Shown here: piece by piece, positions 12,309 to 26,119 of the stretch
Layout of the letters: each line of letters opens with the position of its first letter
Numbering within the stretch: the stretch's first letter is position 1
Source: Callorhinchus milii
Taxonomy: Eukaryota
Reading direction: 5' to 3'
Assembly (NCBI RefSeq): GCF_018977255.1
Contig: NW_024704742.1
Span: 51,152,001 to 51,216,000, forward strand
Length of the DNA: 64,000 nt
Notes under the pieces: model-generated
What the model saw: the letters and a program-made list of their open reading frames with translations, nothing else
What the model was told of the DNA's origin: nothing
Databases searched by the model: none
Position numbers and translations under genes: made by a program

Positions 12309-13289
12309 TTACCACACAACTTATGATTCTTATTATAACCAGAAATTTAGTGTAACATTTATGTAAGGCTGTAAAGTTAGTATCAAAATCCAACTACTGA
12401 TTCTAGCAGTCAAATCACACTCCAGAAAGAGCCACCTTATAAGTGACTTATAAAAAATTGCTCCAGTCTAATAAAGAGTAACTATCCCATGACGATCAGA
12501 AACTAACATATCATTGGACAACAATAAGCATCCTAGGTGCCTGGCAGCACAAGTTTAAACATTTCAAATGGTACAGCTCTAAACAAAAGAAAAAAATGCG
12601 ACTAAATGACTCCCAAAAGAGATCATGAAATATATCTCAAATGATGTATTTGTTGTTGGTCTAAAACCAAAGGGGAAGCTTTGCATATATCAGTGGGTAT
12701 AGGGAGGCAGGCACTATTTGAAAAGAGAACAGATTTCTCAAGGTGTCCAAGCTGACAACACACAAGATAAAATTGGTCATTCATTTCATGGCTGTTTAAG
12801 GGACATTGCTGTGCCTGAATTGGCTAATTGGCCAAGACATTTTTTTTCATTTATCACCAGAATGATTGACTTGTGTCAAATAGCAACTAAATACAAAAGC
12901 ACTTTCAGCTGATCACTTGAAATTTGGGATAGATGGACATTGGCTGCAGTACAACAGCAACTGATCCAAAACTGATCATAACAAATTATCTACATTTCAT
13001 GTTAACAGGAATCACTGTTTTGGGGAATATTTTGTTTTAAAAGGGATACCATTGATGATACTGTAAGGAAGCTGTATAAATCCTGGAGTACATGGTTTTA
13101 AATAATTTATGTACAACGTTAAAGAAAATAACAATTCTGAAACAATTTTGACATTATCTATTACATACTGCATAGAATTCTCTTGGTTTTTGTACTAATA
13201 GTGTGCCTACAAAATTTTAAAGCCATGCTTACAAAATATAAATTCTCTTTATTTAAACCAACTGAATGAGTGCAATCACTAGCAGAGTG

Positions 13290-13452
13290 GTTCTCTGCGA
13301 CTGTTTGTGGGACACTGCTATGCGCAATTGGCTGCCGCATTTCGCCCACAAATATACAGTCAATTCACTTTACAGCATATTCTGTGAAGCGCTTTGAGAC
13401 ATCTAGAAGACAAGAAAAGCGCTATATCAAATGCAAGAATTATTATTATTAT
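13290..13452 (+). mobile_element. SINE family A, 3' half
   Basis: Deu-like segment + gtgaagcgctttgagacatc...aagcgctatatcaaatgcaag(att)n. Confidence 0.85.
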
Positions 13453-14607
13453 TTAAAGAATCATGACTTATGATCCTTAGGAGTCGATAATTCACAGAGG
13501 TTTTCACACAAAACCATGCACAAGTCTTAGTTAGAGGAAGGTGCACTACCACAGGCTAACCTTTTTTTTCAATGTCAGGAAACAATGCTTCTCATAAAGA
13601 ATAAATGTTCCCTTCCTGAGCCTTTCTTTCCTCATTTGTTAAATCTTTAAGCCCAGTACTTTGACCACTTCCTTATGTGGCCTGAGAACAAACTAACATA
13701 GCTTTCATATTTAAAATAATGAATAATTCCAGCTAGCTAAAAAACAATTGTTACTAATCTAGCAATTCACATTTTTATAAAATAAAAATTTAAACATTAA
13801 GTATTAGCCATATGTGAATCTGAAAAAATAAAACTCATTTTTGTGCCAATTGAAAACTGAGTTTTGTAATAAGGAAGCATGTCCACTCTGTGAGGTTATC
13901 TAAATACGGTTAGTGAAGGATTCTAAGCCGCCATTTAAGAACTGCTTTCATCCCATCATTCGGGGCTGAATTCGGACTCTGTTCTGAAGGATAAAAGATT
14001 GTACCCTGAACCACTGAATCATTTGGTGATGCAATGGTTCAGGGTGTAATCTTTCATCCCTTAGGATAAAGTCTGAATTCAGCCCAGAATGGTGGGATGA
14101 AAGCAGTTCTTCCATTAGGGGGAAAAACAAAAACAAGAAAGGTTGTCTAAATCGGATCAATAAACCAATCCAGATTAATGTCAAAAGAAATTAATGGGAA
14201 TGTTAACTGACCTAGTACTGTAATCCCAAATTCTTAAAAATGAGATGGGATAAGTGAGAAAAGCTAAATGCATAAGCCAGTGTATTTCACCTACTTTGGA
14301 GTGCACCAGTTTGCAGAAAGACGAAAAGTCTGAAACACAGGCACATGACCTACCAGACAATTATAAATTCAGCTATACCACAGCTGACACTAATGAGGTA
14401 GAAAATTCCACTTAATTTAGGAACTGTATACTTTAAATGAAAGATCGTTCTTCAATGTTGGTCACAAAGCTGGTTAAGGAGAAAACATTTTGTTAAACCT
14501 TTGTGCTATTTTTCTGATGAAGAGAGTCAGGATGATAATGCTTCTTTAACAAGTTTGTTAATATTATGTTGCTAGTATGTGCAATTTACTAGGTTGTCCA
14601 TTTCTTA

Positions 14608-14700
<93 letters not shown>

Positions 14701-15228
14701 CTACATTACAAAACAAAGACAAAAATCTCTCACTGCCAGCGTGTTGAAATTCTAGGCTCCAGCTAATTCAAGCAAAACCAATATGTAATCTGTTTCTAAA
14801 TGAACAAAATCATGTTAAGCACGAAAGACCGACAGTAATGAAAATGTCAAAAGTTAGTCATTGAATAAATACCAGATGAATCTCAATGATATCACATTTG
14901 AAATTCATGGACCCAAGTGATCCAAACGCACTAATTGTCACAAATAACTTGTACATTATATGATCAGTTCACATGATTAAATGTCATAACACCCATGTGT
15001 TCTCTGAATATTCTCTGAATAAACAAAGAAAAATTGTCACTGTGCTTTTTATTGAACAAAAAGGACCCTTTGGTTATTTTTGTTTTCTGCCCAATGCCCT
15101 CAGTTTGGTCAGTTTAGGTGCCCAGCTTGCATCGTCAAGCACTTTCAGACATCCTCCCAACATGAAAGGTGCTACATAATGTAAACTGTATTGTACGGCT
15201 GAAAATAACCAATCCAATCTTGTTAGCA

Positions 15229-15440
15229 GGAGTCCTGTAGCTCAGTGATTAGAGCCTCTCAAGCAAAAGACGTTTGATTCCCGGCAGGGCGAAATGTTGG
15301 GCAAGTTTCCTTACTCCACATGCCTATGTTTACCTAGCAGTAAATAGGAACCCGGTTGTTAGTCAATTGTCGGAGCACTTTTCCGGGAGTAATAATCTCT
15401 TTAAAAAAAATTGTCATAATTGGCTTCCCCGTTTTGCCCA
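15229..15440 (+). mobile_element. SINE family A, 5' half with tRNA head
   Basis: ggagtcctgtagctcagtgattagagc...gattcccggcagggcgaaatgttgggcaagtttccttactccacatgcc matches the head of 10983-11296. Confidence 0.8.
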
Positions 15441-16006
15441 CTCTGCTCAATCCTGCAAATTGACTTTGCATTAATTCCTTCAACACAAAATTATCTACAG
15501 TAGAATTCAGTTATAACATTTGGACCCTGATATTTACTTACCCCAAAAATCCAAAATGTATTCATCAGCTCCGTAAGCACTTTAGTGCAGGTTGTTTCGG
15601 CCAAAACGACAAGTCAGTTATTGCGCCTTTAAGCGCACTAAAATGCATGCACTTAAGTGCACCGGGACGCTGCCCTTTGTGAAAGGCGTTATAAAAATGC
15701 ATGTTGTTGCATGGGCATCAATTGACATCAGTACCAACCTGATGACATGCAAGTCTGTAATTTTTGCTCCCTGTGTCCAGTGAAATGTTGACCAGCGATT
15801 GTGCTCCATTTACCATTGGTTGGGATTTATGGACAACAATTACATTTATAAAGCACCCCCCACGCAGGGTAATGTCCCAGAGCGCTTAACTACCCTGGCT
15901 CACAACTATCCTGTTATAATGTGGCTCTACAATGTATACAAAATTAAACTTCCTAAACATGACTAGAGAATCACTGAGCTGTGAGCTCATGCCAGTCATT
16001 GTTTAC

Positions 16007-16064
16007 CTCTGGTCTCCTTTCAAGTGCTTCCTTTATAATAGGGTGAAGTTCTTCTATTAAGTCT
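16007..16064 (-). CDS. FRYL: FRYL coding exon (DLIEELHPIIKEALERRPE)
   Basis: cag/gtaaac, 58 nt, phase 2->0. Confidence 0.92.
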
Positions 16065-17234
16065 CTGTAAAAAAAAAAAGCATTTTACAAGTCAAACTTT
16101 GCAAACTAAAATCCCCCAAATCAAAATTATATTCTTGGTTAACTGTTCAATGATACCTTTCTTTATTATAAAATAAATTCAGTAGAACTCAGGTAATCAA
16201 CATTTTTGTTGTGAGAGATTAGGGTTTCATTTCTGAGGTTGATTATTTTACACCTATATAATTATGTGGCTGAATCCAGGTTTCCTTTGGTCTACAGTAC
16301 TCTACAGGGATGAATCTATCCAACATCTCAGAAGACAGTTAATTGAAAATAGTTTAATGCCTTGTCATTTGAAAATTTCTGCACTGTTTTCCAAATGCTC
16401 CATTTCTAACCTATGCTTATTTCGTTCCGGGAGATCAATGAAATCATGCAAGATACACAGAATGTTTTTTGGTCATACAGTAATTTTCTTATAGATTTGC
16501 TGTCACTGCATATAGCATTCTGTACATCATCTTTATAAAAGATGGCATAAGATGAGGGTGTAGACAAGCACATTAAACAAGGCCAAGTATCTTCTTAATT
16601 TGACAAGCAACTGTTAAGAATATAGAATTTTTTTTCCTGAATTTCTCTGGAGGTGTCAAATGGGAAGGACTGGGAAAAAGGAACATGCCAGCGTAAAGAA
16701 TCTAAATCTCAGCAGAAAGAATAAGATCAAAAGGATAAGATCTTCTTAAAGTCTAAACCGCTCTTGTGATACCCTGATGATGGCAAGTTCCCATCCACAG
16801 ATCTTTACAAAGCACAGTGTTGGGACTCATTACCACAGCAGAGAATGGATTTCAAAGACTGATCCAAAAAGCTGAAAAACTATCAAAAGCAAAAGACAGT
16901 CCAATGAAGCAAATTGCCCTAATTTTGCAAACAGCTACAAGGCTGACCATCTTTTAAAGAAACTCAATCATCAATGGCAGATACTGAAAAGTACAAAGTG
17001 TGTGCCAGATATATTAAAGTTTGAACATTCTGCTTCCTGGAAATTTGCATGACATGGAAAAACAGCCAAGTAAGTCGCTTGGAATGGTGAGCAGCATCGG
17101 GATTAAGGCTCGAGGATCTAACCCCCACTATGCTTAGTTTGCTAATGTTCTGGCTCCAACTGGGTTCAAGGACAGAATTCACAGGCATGTAGCATATGGA
17201 ATGATATCACAAAACAAGTTCTGTGCTTAAAGCC

Positions 17235-17670
17235 AGGCTCAGTGGAAGCACTCTCGCCTTTGAGCCAGAAGGTTGTGGGTTTAAATCCCATGCCGGGACT
17301 TGAACTCACAAAGTCTAAGATGACACTCCATTGCAGTACTAGGGGTGTGTTGCATTGTTGGAAGTGCCGTCCTTCAGATGAGACATTAAACCGAGGTTCC
17401 GTCTGCCTGTTCAGGTGGACGTTAAAGATCCCATGGCACTAATCGAAAAGAGAAGGGAGTTTCTCCGGGTGTCCTGGCAAACAAATCTCCCAAATAAAAT
17501 TGGGCACTCGGTGCATGGCTGTTTGTGGGACAATGCTGTGCACAATTGTGCTGCCTCATTCCCCTATAAGTACAGTCACTTAATTTCACGGTAAATCCTG
17601 TGAAGCGCTTTGAGATATCCAACTGACGTGATAAGATCCTATATCAAATACAAGGATTATTATATATTAT
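17235..17670 (+). mobile_element. Near full-length tRNA-derived Deu-domain SINE (family B)
   Basis: tRNA-like head ggctcagtgg...gggtttaaatccca; Deu-domain motifs gccgtccttcagatgagacattaaaccgagg, aaagatcccatggcact, ggtgtcctggc, gctgtttgtggga; L2-type tail. Confidence 0.8.
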
Positions 17671-18002
17671 TCACGATATAGTTGAAAGATAATCTGCCCG
17701 AGGGCAAGCTATACGTGGAAACATCAGGAAGAGGCTCACACCATTAATCAGCAGTTCCAATGATTGTCTCCATGATGCTGGAGTGGCAAACTAAATCAAT
17801 GCAACCAGTATGTATTAAAGGAGAAAAAAGTGTGTTGGACTGAGTACTCGTAGAAAAAAGAATGGTACAATCTGCGAATTCAACCATTCATTTATACTTA
17901 AAAAAATCCAATCCTGAATTACCTTAATACATCAGTTGATATGCATGATAAAACTGAAAACATTAAATAGCAAGTGGTCTGTTAGATCATGTTATTATCT
18001 AA

Positions 18003-18576
18003 CTAGTTGTGCCCGTTGTAACTACGCTTGCAACCAAAGGATCAAATGTGGAATGTAGGTTTCAGTGATACCACTCACAAACCATTTAACATGCCATAAA
18101 CACTGTGTGTACACCTTAAGCAAAATTGCTATACATGTGTGATGAGCTTGTTTGGGTTATAGCTCATCAATGATGGGATACCCCAAAAAATGCACATGAT
18201 ACTCCCCCACGCAAGACCTTTCCGATGAAGTATAAATCATGTCTCTAAGTCAATCAGTTATTGTGTTATTGGCGGACAGACACACATTTCGTCTTTATTA
18301 GTATAGAGTATCTCTCCAGAAGGGAATGTGATTTCCTTTATGGCTACTCTGTTGCAGAATAGCATGTATACCTCATATTTTGGGGCTTAATGAAAGGATT
18401 TTTTAATATAGCTCAACGACGATAGGAGATCCCCAAAAAAATGCATATGATACTGCCCCATGCAAGACCTTTACGATGAGGTGCAATCCATGTCTCTACT
18501 TCAGTTGGTTATTGCGTTCTTGGCGGACAGACAAACACAGACAGATACACAGACATTTTATCTTTATTAATATAAT
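18003..18576 (-). mobile_element. Non-autonomous Helitron-like element with two tandem 5' modules
   Basis: Minus strand: TCTATACTAATAAAG 5' end at 18307 and a degenerate second one at ~18576, gtct/gtgt microsatellite after each, 3' end ...acaacgggcacaaCTAG followed by T. Confidence 0.7.
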
Positions 18577-18774
18577 AAAGAAGATGATATGCAACTGAAA
18601 TAGGGAATGACTCAATTGGGACATACGGTGTGAGTGAAGATAGATTTAAAAAAATATATAGGTAGGGTGGGTTTGAACTAGCTTTGCATACATCAACGTC
18701 TACATGAATTGGACTTGGAAGGTCAGCTCCAATAGTGATGGACAGAGTTGCGGCCTTCGACTGGCAGCTCACTT

Positions 18775-19060
18775 CAAATCGTGATCTGTGCTGAGTTTGC
18801 TAGTCTTTGCCAGGTTGCAGAGGAGGCTAGATTGACCTGGCCTTTCCAGGGGTTTCTGCTCCCGGTCTCTCTACAACATCCTCTGCTGGTAGTGTTTATG
18901 TGAGGTGAAGTCAGCTGGGTGAGGAGAGGTCAGGCTCAGCTGTGATGGCCTCTCCAGTTCAGTGGGCTGCCAAACCTCATTACTAAACAATTGTTCAGGT
19001 ACTGGAAGGCAACTAATACCTGTGGATTAGCATCCCAGTATGAGGAAGCTAGACGAGGAG
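18775..19060 (+). mobile_element. Old SINE resembling AmnSINE2
   Basis: Recalled motifs ctgtgctgagtt, gggtgaggagaggtcaggctcagctgtgatg, aggtactggaaggc; highly diverged. Confidence 0.5.
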
Positions 19061-19529
19061 CAGAGGCATCTGTCAATACGGAGAACAGTTTTTCCCCAAT
19101 CCTTCCAATTTGACAGCTCCAGAGAAATATTTTAATCTATGTGTATACTATTTCAAGATTCAATAAAGGCTCTCTTAATAATTGAATTATTTCAGATTGA
19201 CACTACACAATATTTAATATCAAAAGATTTATTCTGTAAAGAAATTAGATTTTTCCAATGTAGATAAACAATCATTAAGGAATCTTATTGTTTACCTGGC
19301 CTTTGAAAGACCCATACTTCCCCCAAAAGACAATCATCAAATACACTCAGTTTTTCTGCACAATCCCATTGTAACTGAACTGCTTTGTAAACGTCCTTTA
19401 CGTGTCAGGTCAGTTTATTGGTAGCACACTTATTAACTTAATTATAGTTCTTTAATCTTCATCTCATACAAAGGTAAAGAGAACGAGCAGGAACATAGGA
19501 TTGATTGGACTGGAGTACATAAATTGTGC

Positions 19530-19997
19530 GTCAGCTTGGTTCAGTTGGTATCATTCTCGTCTCCGAATCAGAAAGTTATCTATTCTAGCCCCATATCGGG
19601 ATTATGAAACTCGTAATCCAGGCTGACATCTAATAGAGTGCTGGAAGCTAGGAGATGCATTTTTGGAGATGCCGTCATTCAAATGAGTTCTATCTGCCTG
19701 TTCAGGTGGATGTTAAAGATCCCTTGTATGATTCAAAAAGAGAAGTTTCTTCCGGGGTTCTGGCCAAACATTCCCTGGATAGTATTAATAATAATCCTTG
19801 CATTTGATATAGCGCTTTTCACGTTTTCTAGGCGTCTCATATTGAATATTGTTCATTCAAGCTTGTTTGTGGAGCACTGCTAAATGCAAATTGCCTGCTG
19901 TGTTTGTCTACAAAGACACAGAAACTGCACGACAGAAAATCCCGTGAAGCGCTTTGGGACAATCTCCTAACATCTTGGTAGCAAACACAAGGATTAT
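19530..19997 (+). mobile_element. Deu-domain SINE (family B) interrupted by an antisense SINE-tail fragment at ~19784-19838
   Basis: tctgcctgttcaggtggatgttaaagatccc shared with ~17402-17432; inner ataataatccttgcatttgatatagcgcttttcacg in opposite orientation. Confidence 0.7.
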
Positions 19998-20089
19998 AAA
20001 TAATTCAAAGAAACCTAGTCAATGTATCCAAATGTGTTTTGCTGATGCAAAAAACAGTTGTAATAATAAATTTACACAATGAAATCTTA

Positions 20090-20242
<153 letters not shown>

Positions 20243-21444
20243 CTATTCACTGATCCACAAAAATCATTAATAACTCTTCAACGTCTAAACAGATGAGGCA
20301 CTTTGATTGGCTCTTAAATCTAATTTAAGGCAACTATAATTACTGCCAAACATCATGAGAGTATATAAATCACACCAACAAATATCACGCGATAAAGACA
20401 AGGGATGCTGTCTAATAAAATAGAACATTCTCTGTGTGAGACATTTCAAACATTGCTAGAAATGAGCTCTACATTAGTAAGGCAATTGAAACCAGAAAAA
20501 GTTAGCCCCATCTAATTTAGATGATTTGGACATTCTTTGGGCAAACAAGTGCATTTTGATAACTATGTCCACTTTGTATATTCAAAATGCAATCCCTGTG
20601 GTACAAGAATAGAAATGTAGGCAAATTCATTCATGGAACCAAAGAGTTAAATGTATCACTGAACCTTCTTCAGTTTGTGCTGCTTTCTGTCTGTCCAATC
20701 CCTTTGTTATTAAGTGTAGTAGCTAATACTTAAATAGAAAATTCTGTAGCATTCAGACCATTCTAATCCCAAACCATATTTTAAAGTTCCACAACATTAC
20801 AACACTGATGCATATTAGTATCCTCAAATTATATTTGTTTTCTTTTGCTAGGCCTAAAGGCCTTTTTTGTACATAACTATTTTCTTGTTCTATGGGTCCC
20901 TTATTATTTTATCTCTGAAACAATTTCCTTCCTTATTGGTTTCCCTTTATTGTGTTTCTATTATATTTATTCTCTACATGTTGGCTGCTTTGTCAATGTC
21001 CATTGATCATATTCACCACTTTCTCACAATCTGTCGTATCTTCCTCGCCCTGCATCGCTTTCAGTTGAAATGACTTGTTTTGCATTTTTTGTGCCTTATT
21101 TGACTCTTGACTGTCCTTTAAACCATATCCGTGCTGTGACCTGACACAACTTGCCATGCAGGGAATATAAAGCATTCCACTTGGCAGAGGATTACACTGC
21201 AGTAAATTACCGTTTTCAATTTAACCAGCATTTTGTATGGCAGTAAAGTAAATTAAAACTGAAGCGAACCATAATTTGTTTGACTGTAAAATCAGAAAGG
21301 TCCGTGCACTTATTTTGTGAATTGGAAATGTTTATAAAGTATGACAAAAGCAGTAAGAAAGATAGATAGATGCATAGCAGTATGTTACAAACACTGTCAT
21401 GTTAAGTGAACATCAGACACTAATATAGAGATTTTTTTGAATTT

Positions 21445-21912
21445 CCCGACATGCTGCACAGCATCCAGGATTCTGTAGCTCGTGTCCTCTCCTACACTAG
21501 GCTCGATGAGCCTATCACCCCAGTCCTCGCCTGGCTCTCCATCTCTCAGAGGATTCAGTTCAAGATCCTCTGCGACCTTCTTAAACTCGATCATCCCACC
21601 TCCTCCACTGGACAGCTATTGGGTCCTGCTTCACATCCCCCACCCTGCCCGACCCACTATCAGCACTCAGGCCTATCTGCCTCCACTTTCTGGTTCTCCA
21701 TCCCAGAGTTCCTACGCCTTGACTCTTTCAAGATCCGCCTCAAGACCTCCATTGTTGACCATGCCTTCGGTTATTTTTCCCCCATTACCTTTTGGCCCCA
21801 CTCCTCCCAAATCCAAATTCAACTCCCAGCTCGAGTGCAAACCCTCAATTATCCAGCGCCTTGGGATGTCCTCTCGATAGGGAGAGGACTATACAATTGC
21901 AACTTGTTGTTG
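21445..21912 (+). mobile_element. Decayed L2 3' fragment
   Basis: IQDSVARVLSYTRLDEPITPVLAWL..QRIQFKIL homologous to the L2 ORF2 C-terminus; ends cagcgccttgggatgtcc...ttgttgttg. Confidence 0.85.
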
Positions 21913-22230
21913 AGAAAATTTGTTTTATCCAAGTAAATTTATGAATGTAATTAGAAAGTTACTAAGTAAACCACAGAAGTTCCTTACGCAGTATAGTATT
22001 TACAAAGAGAAATTATAGCTTCACTTTTCTACTGGATTATCAACTGAAGATGTAGTATTTGAAAGACACAGATAAAGGTGATAACTGTGGGGAAAAATTG
22101 ATGCTTGTCCTGGATTCTTTTCTACAATGCAACAAGTTAACTAAAGGAACCCGAGGGATCAGAAGGTGAATCTATTCATAAAAGCTACTCTTTGGCAGTT
22201 GCTCATGAGGCTATTAAAGGTAAACGATGG

Positions 22231-22833
22231 TTACCATTATCATCAAATAGCTTTGCTCCGGAATTGGATAGGCTGATCAATCAAAGTAATCATTGATGTG
22301 ATTGTCAATACTGTGGCACTCTGGAGAGTGAAGATGTTTCAGAGAAACACGCTTAAGTGGGAAGACAGAGCTCGTAATTCCTTCAATGCCACCCTGATGT
22401 CTTCAATCAGTTGTGGTGCTGAGTAGGGGAACGTTGTCCAATAAGCCAATCAACTGGAATTGAATTCAATTGTAGACAAAAGTGTTCTTTAAGGAGCAAT
22501 ATTCTGGAACGGGTTGCTAGTCAGCCTTTCATGGTACTGATTGTGGAGAGGTTCAGGTTGTCAGAGAAACAATTCTCTAAGTTTTTGGATGCAATATACA
22601 GTCATCTGGCATTTCTGTCCCAGAGTGGATGAGGTACTCGCAACAAGCCCAAACTTGCTGAGTGGAGGGGTAAAACAGTGGGGAGGAGTCGAGGGAGGAG
22701 CGGGAGGGGGGAAAGGAATCGATCAGGTGTTGCTCTGAAACATCTTCACTCTCCACTCTTTCACTCTCTCAATCACACTTTGATTGATCAGCCTGTCCAA
22801 TTCCCGAGTAAAGCTATCTGATGATAATGATAA
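22231..22833. mobile_element. ~600-bp element with long (~110-120 bp) imperfect terminal inverted repeats; unclassified MITE/foldback
   Basis: 22231-22350 is reverse-complementary to 22727-22833 (outer block 48/52, inner block 27/28). Confidence 0.65.
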
Positions 22834-23165
22834 TTTTTTATATTAAAAAAAGTTAAAACTGATAGAATTTCTAATCTTCAACAAAATCAATTGATTCTAC
22901 ATTGATTAATTCCAACAAAAATAACTGAATTCTAAAGGGTTGAAAACCAGAGCAGGGTTGTTGGCCAAATGTGCAAAGAGATAATAAAGAATTTCATTAA
23001 ATTTTCCAGAAGCTATTTGCAAATGGGAGCATTTGTTATTGTTCTACCTATATAACAAGCAGTTAAGCAATTCACATACATAAATTGCTTTTATAGAAAA
23101 TTAGTATCTAAGTCAGGAATTGATTTTCTCTCTACTTCCATTTCTCCGAACAATAAAGTAGTTAC

Positions 23166-23355
23166 CTTAGAATCCAGACTGTAGCCACTATCAGGTGTAG
23201 ACGCCAGCGTCTCAGGAGGGGAACACCGCACTGACCCCGACGTAGCCGTGTTAGATGTTGCTGCACTGCAGCAAAGGATTAGATAGTTTCTCCAAAGCCC
23301 AACGTACGAATCATTGCCAATCGTGGTGCTGACCTTTTTGGCATTTATAGGACTG
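23166..23355 (-). CDS. FRYL: FRYL coding exon (SPINAKKVSTT...TPDSGYSLDSK)
   Basis: cag (CAGCAG tandem)/gtaact, 190 nt, phase 2->0. Confidence 0.92.
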
Positions 23356-23689
23356 CTGTGTGGGAAGATGGTTACTTGTTACCATTGCTCAAAGTTCTTG
23401 CTACAATTGCTCAAATCTTTGGAAATGTTGTTGAAAAAGATGGTCAAATGGTGAGGAATTACTACTCATTTGATCACAGAGAAAGATTACATAACCAAAT
23501 GCTGAGGTAAAAGGCATATCTATGTTCAAAGGTCATATTTATTCTAAACAAGTGTTAAGTCAACATTACTTGACTTCTGTGATTTAAATATTAAATGAAT
23601 ACATTTATTGTACCATAGATAATTGTATTGAATGAAGTTAACACCACAGACGTTAGCCTTGAGCATGCTGAGAAGATGAGAAAGACTCA

Positions 23690-23959
<270 letters not shown>

Positions 23960-24560
23960 CTATTTTAATGAAAAAAACACAATAAAAGATGAGCAGTTTT
24001 GTTTAATACAGCATTTGGGAACCTGCACTCAACATTAAAAAATATAGGCTGCATTCACAATTATAAAATATTCTTAAAAATACTAACTTTTATCATATTC
24101 CTGATTTTAATTTAAAAAATACAACCATTACTCAATACATCATGAGATTTCACTTTGAATTGTAATGTAAAGCACATTATAATGTGAGTGTACTGTATGT
24201 ACTATGTTCTATCTTTGTTTAATAATCACTTTGTTAACTCTTCTGCTAATATGGCCCATTTTACGGATGCTGAGATACATGAATGTTTAAATCAGGTTTC
24301 ATTAGTTTGTTTTAGTACATATTATTCTAATTCCAGTTTAATGTTAATATTAATGTTCACCTTGGTGCATTAGCTAAACACACTGAGTTCATGTTATCAA
24401 TGCTCAATTACAAATATATTTAATATAAATTTATAGAAATCTCATTATGTGGACACTTAACAGAAGACAAAATATATCAATTTATTAATTTACTTAAAAC
24501 TCTGAACATTGTCAAACATTATATTGTAAAACATCAACCAGGTCTAAATTAGTTTTGTAC

Positions 24561-24647
24561 CTGATCTGCTCCAGTGAGATGTATAAAGCTTTCTAATACC
24601 GACGGGCTTAATCGATCCATGACATCGATTGTCAGTTCTTCATCTCC
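24561..24647 (-). CDS. FRYL: FRYL coding exon (GDEELTIDVMDRLSPSVLESFIHLTGADQ)
   Basis: cag/gtacaa, 87 nt, phase 0->0. Confidence 0.93.
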
Positions 24648-25593
24648 CTGAAATAAAGAAAACTTGTTTTTTTACACAATACGTTTGCTGAGTAATTGAT
24701 GAAAGCTAGATTTTTTTTGATCAGCTAGATATCATGTGGAAATCCATGTTGGAATACCCAAACCAAACAGAATTCCTTGCATGTCGCTTATACATGGAAA
24801 TGGTAGAAATTCTAGTTTGTTTGAATGGAATGTGCACTCTCTCCTTGCAGGAACACATTCTGCTTACCTAATTCTGGACAGTATTAGAAGCTGGTTGGCA
24901 AGAGCCAAGGCTTAGGGACCCCAGAGAGTGCCCCAGGAAGAAATGCTGGAATCTAACCAGCTAAAACCACATAGCCTGCCATTGAGAGCACTGCCTGCCA
25001 AGCTTTCCCGCTGCTTGTCCAGCTGGGGCCACCCTACCCATTAGGGTTTGGGCTTGCAGGGATAGCAGGAACGGACTGCGATGAGTTTCTGTCTTAGTGA
25101 ATGGTTCTTCAAAGTCCTGCCGATGAACCAGGTGCTGATGATGCTATCATCAGCAGCAACATGGAGTACTGTGAACCTGCCTGGATGGACTAGCAAGATC
25201 GCCACAGAGGATAGGCTCAATTCCAATGTTCTGTTGCCAAACATGTCACTTGGAGCCAGTTCAGGAGGATTAACACTAGCCTGGAGAAAGCAAGAATATG
25301 AAGTGTTCTCTAATGAGCAGAGTAAAAATTATAGTCCTGTTTAGAACTCCATATAAATTATGATGTGATTTTGTGATTTTAAAGTCAGCTTATGTGTTAA
25401 TAAAACATGGAAAAGAGAATAACTCTGTACAGTTGTTAAGATTTGGAAAATAATTTTTGCAGAACCACTTTCGAGAATCACCAATTGGGAGAGTCACCCA
25501 CATAAATATTGAAATTATCCATCAAATAGAGCCAAGCTTAATACAATTCCTCTTGGGAATTATGTTTCAACTGATAAATTTAAAGGATCAAGA

Positions 25594-26119
25594 CTAAGTC
25601 CTTGGTGGTGCAGTGAGTTGATCTTAGCAGCTTGATAGGCCATATATTTCCCAATCTAAGCTGAGGTATTTGGTGGAAGGTTACAAATGGATCCTGGGCA
25701 CTTATCCCATGAAATTCAATAAAGTCATTCTTCTGAACATTCTTGTGAATACTTATGAAGTGGCAGACTATTGGGAGCAGTTTATCTCTCCACCATCTTC
25801 TGATGAATCTTGCTTGGCATGGAAAAAGAATAAAAATGGGGGTCAAAGAAAGACAACTGCAAACCATTACGAGATAACTCTGCTTGCTCATTCATTTCTG
25901 GAGTGCAGACTGAAATTGAGGCTGGAGTAACGGTTGAAATACTGAATGGCTGTTACTGGTGGAACTGTCACTCAATGGGTCGGGATGAATATCTGAGCTG
26001 TGGGCAGGGGAATGGTAGCAAACCTCTCACACATTTCAAGATAAGTTGTGCTACCAACCAGGGACCATATATGGTGCCTCATGGTGCTAAGATTGATTCA
26101 CTGCACCACCAGGGACTTA
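25594..26119. repeat. Inverted repeat pair (~60-bp arms, diverged)
   Basis: ctaagtccttggtggtgcagtgagttgatcttagca...ccatatat (25594-25652) vs reverse complement at 26061-26119. Confidence 0.7.

Noticed and set aside
15570..15720. CpG-enriched patch with palindrome tgcacttaagtgca
   Set aside because: Short; likely an old DNA-transposon relic; no boundaries or function supportable.
24800..25330. Possible decayed Harbinger Myb/SANT remnant
   Set aside because: Only vague peptide resemblance across frameshifts; cannot support without a profile search.
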